Part shown: positions 29,574 to 33,605 of the stretch, piece after piece
Layout of the letters: each line of letters opens with the position of its first letter
How positions within the stretch are numbered: the first letter of the stretch is position 1
Source of the DNA: Planctomycetota bacterium
GTDB lineage: Bacteria; Planctomycetota; Planctomycetia; JALXBF01
DNA: 33,605 nucleotides
Assembly (NCBI GenBank): GCA_026991575.1
Contig: JALXBF010000184.1
Coordinates: 1 to 33,605, forward strand
Direction of reading: 5' to 3'
The notes under the pieces: model-generated
Told to the model about the DNA's origin: nothing
The model's database searches: none
The model's input: only the letters and a program-made list of their open reading frames with translations
Position numbers and translations under genes: made by a program

Positions 29574-29694
29574 CCGGCCTTTGGGCGGAGTGCCCGGCAT
29601 ATGGCGTTCGCGGTGCCTAACAGGTCGGTCTTCGCGGCCGGTGGGCCGAGCCGGCGGTGGACCACCGATAGAATCAATGAGTTGGCGGCGTATC

Positions 29695-29791
29695 GGGAGT
29701 GTCTGCACGCCTGGTGGCGGCCCCGGGCTTCAAACCCGGTGCGAGGTCTGGCGAGCAGGCCTCGGGTGGGTTCGATTCCCATACACTCCCG
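29695..29791 (+). tRNA. selC: tRNA-Sec (anticodon TCA)
   Basis: 8-bp acceptor GGGAGTGT/ACACTCCC, TGGT D-loop, anticodon loop CTTCAAA (TCA at 29730-29732), long variable arm CGAGGTCTG/CAGGCCTCG, T arm GTGGG-TTCGATT-CCCAT; 97 nt, CCA not encoded. Confidence 0.97.
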
Positions 29792-29880
29792 TTGTTTCCT
29801 TTCCGGTGACCACCGCGCACCATGCATCCAGGCGCCAGTGCGCGCCGCGGCGGTGCCAGTAGCGGGCTGGAGTTGGGACG

Positions 29881-31818
29881 GTGGCGGACCACGAACCGTC
29901 GGATCGACAACCAAGAGGCGGCCGGCGAAGCGTCCTGGACCTGTTGGGCCATTACTGGCGCAGATTCGCCAGCCTGCCCTTTGTCCGCTACCTGCTGCCC
30001 GGCCCGGTCTACACCCGACTAATACTGCTGAGCCCCCTGGTCGGCCTGGTCGCGGCGTTTGTGGCCGCGGCGTTCTATCTGGGCCTGGCCCAGATGACCA
30101 CCTTCTGCATGCAGGACCTCATGGGCTACGTGCCGCCGCCGGCACGGGGTGAGGAGCCGGACCGTCCGGCCGACCAGTTCCAGCTGCCGAGGCGGAAGCT
30201 GGCCGTGTTGCTGGTGCCGGCGGTTGGTGGTTTACTGTGCGGCCTGATCGTCTGGCGGTTCGCGCCCGAAGCAGAGGGGCACGGCACGGACGCGGTCATC
30301 CGCGCGTTTCATCGGGAAGGGGGCCACATCCGGCCACGGGTGCCGCTGATCAAAGGGATCGCCTCGATCATCACGATCGGCACAGGTGGATCAGCCGGGC
30401 GCGAAGGGCCGATTGCACAGATCGCTGCCGGTGTCGGCTCTACGCTGGCCAGTTGGCTTAGGCTCAGCGAGCGGGAGCGACGCGGCTTGCTCATGTGCGG
30501 TGCCGGTGCCGGCATCGGCGCCATTTTCCATTCGCCTCTAGGCGGAGCGCTCTTTGCAGCGGAGGTGCTCTACAGCACGGCGGCCGTGGAGCATGAGTTG
30601 ATTGTGCCGGCGACCATTGCATCGGTCGTCGCCTACTCGCTCTACCCATTGTCGCACGGCGCAATCTTCGCCGTGCCGGAGAATCTGCGATATGGTTCGC
30701 CTCGGGAGCTGATCGCGTACACGCTCTTCGCTGCTTTCCTGACCCTGTGGGGCTGGGTGTACGTGCGGGTCTTCTACGCCGGGCGGGACCACGTGTTTCG
30801 CCGATTGCCGGTGCCGTTCTGGGTCAAGACCACGCTCGGCGCGCTGGGCTTGGGACTGGTGGCGCTGGTGTTCCCCCATGTGCTCGGTGGTGGTTACGGC
30901 TGGATCCAGCAGGCTCTCGACGGGAAACTTTCTATCCAGCTGATGCTCATGCTGGCCGTGGCCAAGATCATCGCCACGACGACGACCATTTCCAGCGGCG
31001 GCAGTGGTGGCGTCTTTGCGCCATCGCTGTTCATCGGAGCGATGCTAGGCGGCGCGTTCGGCAAGTTCATGCATGCGATCGCACCCGATCTGGCGCCTCA
31101 GCCTGCGGCGTTTGTGCTGGTGGGCATGAGCGGTTTTTTTGCCGGCGTCGCCAAGGTGCCGCTGACCGTGATGATCATGGTCTGCGAAATGACTGGCTCC
31201 TACGACCTGATCGTGCCGCTGATGCTGGTCAACGTGATCACCGCTTCGTTCTCACGCCGCTGGCAGCTCTACGAAGAGCAGGTACCCGTGCCGGCCGACA
31301 GCCCGGCTCACGCCGGCGAAGTGGTCGTGGACGTGCTGGAGCGGTTGCGGGTCGCGGACGTGTACGACCCGAAGCGACCAGTGGACCTCGTGCCCGCTTC
31401 GGCCACGCTCCACGACGTCCTCGAACTCGTTGCCCACTCGAACAACACCTACTTCCCGGTCGTGGATCGCGACGGCAACCTGATCGGGATCTTCTCGCTC
31501 CGCGATCTTCGCTCGGCACTTCTTGGCGTCGACAGCCGCGATGCGATCCGCGCCATCGACGTGGCCACCTTCCCCGTGCTGACGGTTTCGCCGTCGGATG
31601 ACCTGGGCAAAGCGTTGAAGATCCTGACGGCCAAGAACATCGAGGAGATTCCAGTAGTAGAACAGGATGACCAGGGACACAAGCGGGTGAAAGGTTTCCT
31701 GTCACGCCGAGCCATCATCAACGCCTACCGCCAGGCCGTAGGCCAGTGGCGGCGGCAACACCAGAGTGTCCGGGGAACCCGACAGCCGGTGACCCGCGAA
31801 GAGGAAGAGCACCCCTGA
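29881..31818 (+). CDS. ClC family chloride channel / H+/Cl- antiporter with C-terminal CBS pair
   Basis: Motifs GHGTD, GGSAGREGP and GGVFAPSLFIG; CBS domains FPVVDRDGNLIGIFS and IPVVE..GFLSRRAII. Confidence 0.95.
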   Translation: MADHEPSDRQPRGGRRSVLDLLGHYWRRFASLPFVRYLLPGPVYTRLILLSPLVGLVAAFVAAAFYLGLAQMTTFCMQDLMGYVPPPARGEEPDRPADQFQLPRRKLAVLLVPAVGGLLCGLIVWRFAPEAEGHGTDAVIRAFHREGGHIRPRVPLIKGIASIITIGTGGSAGREGPIAQIAAGVGSTLASWLRLSERERRGLLMCGAGAGIGAIFHSPLGGALFAAEVLYSTAAVEHELIVPATIASVVAYSLYPLSHGAIFAVPENLRYGSPRELIAYTLFAAFLTLWGWVYVRVFYAGRDHVFRRLPVPFWVKTTLGALGLGLVALVFPHVLGGGYGWIQQALDGKLSIQLMLMLAVAKIIATTTTISSGGSGGVFAPSLFIGAMLGGAFGKFMHAIAPDLAPQPAAFVLVGMSGFFAGVAKVPLTVMIMVCEMTGSYDLIVPLMLVNVITASFSRRWQLYEEQVPVPADSPAHAGEVVVDVLERLRVADVYDPKRPVDLVPASATLHDVLELVAHSNNTYFPVVDRDGNLIGIFSLRDLRSALLGVDSRDAIRAIDVATFPVLTVSPSDDLGKALKILTAKNIEEIPVVEQDDQGHKRVKGFLSRRAIINAYRQAVGQWRRQHQSVRGTRQPVTREEEEHP

Positions 31819-31875
31819 ACCACGTTTCGGACCATACCCTGAAACGGCCGAAGCGACACCGAAGTGGCACAGCCG

Positions 31876-33605
31876 ATGCCAATTCTGGCGACCGACCAAG
31901 AACGTTTGCAGCGTCAGCAGCAACAAGCGTTGGTAACGGCAGCACCGACCGGTAGCTGGCGACGGAGTCTGTTGCTGGTGTTGGTCGCCCTGCTGGCCTC
32001 GGTCCCGTTCGTCCGCAAGCCACTGCACATCGACGATCCTGCTGACCTGCAATACGTGCGTCAGATACTAAACGAACCGCTCGATCCGTACGGCTTCGAG
32101 TTTGACTGGGGCGAGGGGCCACGGCCAGCGATTCGCAACTATCATCCCCCTTTGAAGTTCTACTACCACGCCGCGGTGCTGGCAGTCGTGTTCCGCGGGC
32201 AGGATCCGTTCCGTTCTGATTGGCTTGAAGAGGTGCTGCACCTGAGCTACTTGCCGTTTGTCTGGTTGATCGTCGTTTCTGTCTATAGGCTCTGCGGTCA
32301 CTTCGAAGTGCCTGCATGGTCGGTGCTGTTGTTCTGGCTGTTTGGGCCCGGATTCCTGCCTGGCCAGAATGCCATGCTCGATGTGCCGGCGCTGGCCCTT
32401 GGGCTAACCGCCGCGGCGCTGCTGAGTGGCTACTGGGCGGATCGGAGGTTGCGCCGCGCGCTGGCTGCGGGCGTTGTGCTGGCAGCTGGTTTGCTGACGA
32501 AGTACTCGGTAGCCATCGTCTGGATCGTAGCGGCCTATTGGCTCTGGCTGGAGCGTGCCGAGTGGCGTGCTGTGCTGGCAGTGTTGCTGCCGGGGGTGGC
32601 GGCCGTTGCACTGTGGGCGGTGGTGTCGCAGCTGGCCTATGGCACGGCGCATCCGTTGATGGTGCTGCGTGGCGTGCCGGGCCAGGTCGGCGCGCAGTCG
32701 CCTGGTCTGAACAACCTGATCGACTCGGTCGTCTTCCTCGGCGGTGCCGTGCCCGCTGTGGTCGTGCTGTTAGCGCTTCGGGGAGGGCGGCTGACACTTG
32801 TGCTGCTAGGCGCGATTCCCGCCGCGCTGGGATTGTTCACCGTGCGACGTCCGGAGCTGAACATCGTGGGCAACGTGCGCGACCTGGCCCGTGAGAACCT
32901 GGTCTGGTGGTTCGTGCTTGCCGTTGCCGGGGCCGCGCTGGTGTTCGTCGTCGGCGTGACCGTGTTACGCGCGTGGCGCAATGGCGCGATCACGCGGCGA
33001 CGGCTAGTGTTGGCTGTGTGGTTTGCGGTTAGCCTGGTACTCGGCTCCGCAGCGGCACCGTTTGTCGCCATGAGGCGGGTGCTGGACACGGCACTGGTGG
33101 GCAGCATGCTCGTTTTCGCGGAGGTGCCGGTTGCGGGCAACGGGCTGGCACGCCGCTGGGTGGAGCTGTTTGTTGTGCCCGTGACACTGCTGCTGAATGC
33201 CTTTTTGGGGTACACGGCAGCCATTTCTGACTATGAGCTTGCGGCAGTCTACCCGAAGTATGCCGCGATCATGGCGCGGGATCAGCGCAAGTTCACCAAC
33301 AAAGCGTGGTGCTATGGCTATTGGGGTTGGATGTTTTATGCTGAGCGTAACGGGCTGAAACGCTACGTGCCGGGCCGCGAGGAACCGGCCGACGGCGATA
33401 TGTTTGTCTGGTTGGATGTGGTTGCCAAGCCAGCGGTTATCCCGGACTCGCTGCGTTCCCGCCTGCGCGACCTCTTCAAGGAGTACCAATGGGGCAATGC
33501 CCCGCTGAGGATGATGAGCAAACAGGCCGGTGCCGGCTACTACAGCAATGTCTGGGGGCCGCTTCCGTACGCCTGGTCTCAGGTGCCGGTCGAAACACTG
33601 AAGGC
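31876..33605 (+). CDS. GT-C fold membrane glycosyltransferase (ArnT/PMT-like); runs off the right edge
   Basis: Not in the ORF track because it has no stop in the window. Frame reads from ATG 31876 (or GTG 31864) to the end, with PLHIDDP acidic motif after the first TM, YHPPL, MLDVPALAL, GLLTKYS and many TM helices. Confidence 0.82.
   Translation, partial: MPILATDQERLQRQQQQALVTAAPTGSWRRSLLLVLVALLASVPFVRKPLHIDDPADLQYVRQILNEPLDPYGFEFDWGEGPRPAIRNYHPPLKFYYHAAVLAVVFRGQDPFRSDWLEEVLHLSYLPFVWLIVVSVYRLCGHFEVPAWSVLLFWLFGPGFLPGQNAMLDVPALALGLTAAALLSGYWADRRLRRALAAGVVLAAGLLTKYSVAIVWIVAAYWLWLERAEWRAVLAVLLPGVAAVALWAVVSQLAYGTAHPLMVLRGVPGQVGAQSPGLNNLIDSVVFLGGAVPAVVVLLALRGGRLTLVLLGAIPAALGLFTVRRPELNIVGNVRDLARENLVWWFVLAVAGAALVFVVGVTVLRAWRNGAITRRRLVLAVWFAVSLVLGSAAAPFVAMRRVLDTALVGSMLVFAEVPVAGNGLARRWVELFVVPVTLLLNAFLGYTAAISDYELAAVYPKYAAIMARDQRKFTNKAWCYGYWGWMFYAERNGLKRYVPGREEPADGDMFVWLDVVAKPAVIPDSLRSRLRDLFKEYQWGNAPLRMMSKQAGAGYYSNVWGPLPYAWSQVPVETLK

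Noticed and set aside
31718..33489. ORF-track entries 31718..32797 (-), 32316..32894 (+), 32637..33224 (-) and 33004..33489 (-)
   Set aside because: Off-frame or antisense shadows of the GT-C glycosyltransferase that runs off the right edge.

Overview
GC-rich bacterial chromosome segment, probably a planctomycete (inferred from the CsrA N-terminus [18 protein letters not shown], the short Arg-leader sigma-70 factor and the small hypothetical proteins). Left part: a glycoside hydrolase gene running off the left edge, csrA with a ~430-nt GGA-rich leader, tRNA-Arg(CCT), a translationally coupled kdsB / GT9 heptosyltransferase / methyltransferase operon, apt, a sigma-70 factor, and EamA and TauE transporters. 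An accessory patch at ~10.9-12.2 kb holds a transposase pseudogene followed by ~820 nt of strongly structured sequence with no credible ORF, ending in a group II intron domain V/VI-like motif. Middle: two divergent phosphohexomutases, an HtrA-type protease, a HEAT-repeat protein, hypotheticals, an MFS transporter and a secreted alpha/beta hydrolase. Right part: a complete selenocysteine locus (Rdx/SelW-type selenoprotein, selD, selB, selA, tRNA-Sec). The ORF track truncates both the Rdx gene and selD because each has an in-frame UGA (Sec) followed by a SECIS-like hairpin. A ClC-CBS transporter and a GT-C glycosyltransferase running off the right edge close the window. Best leads for something undescribed: the ORF-less group II intron-like RNA, the GGA-hairpin csrA leader, and the regulatory layout of the Sec locus. 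All family assignments are by motif recognition; no database search was run.
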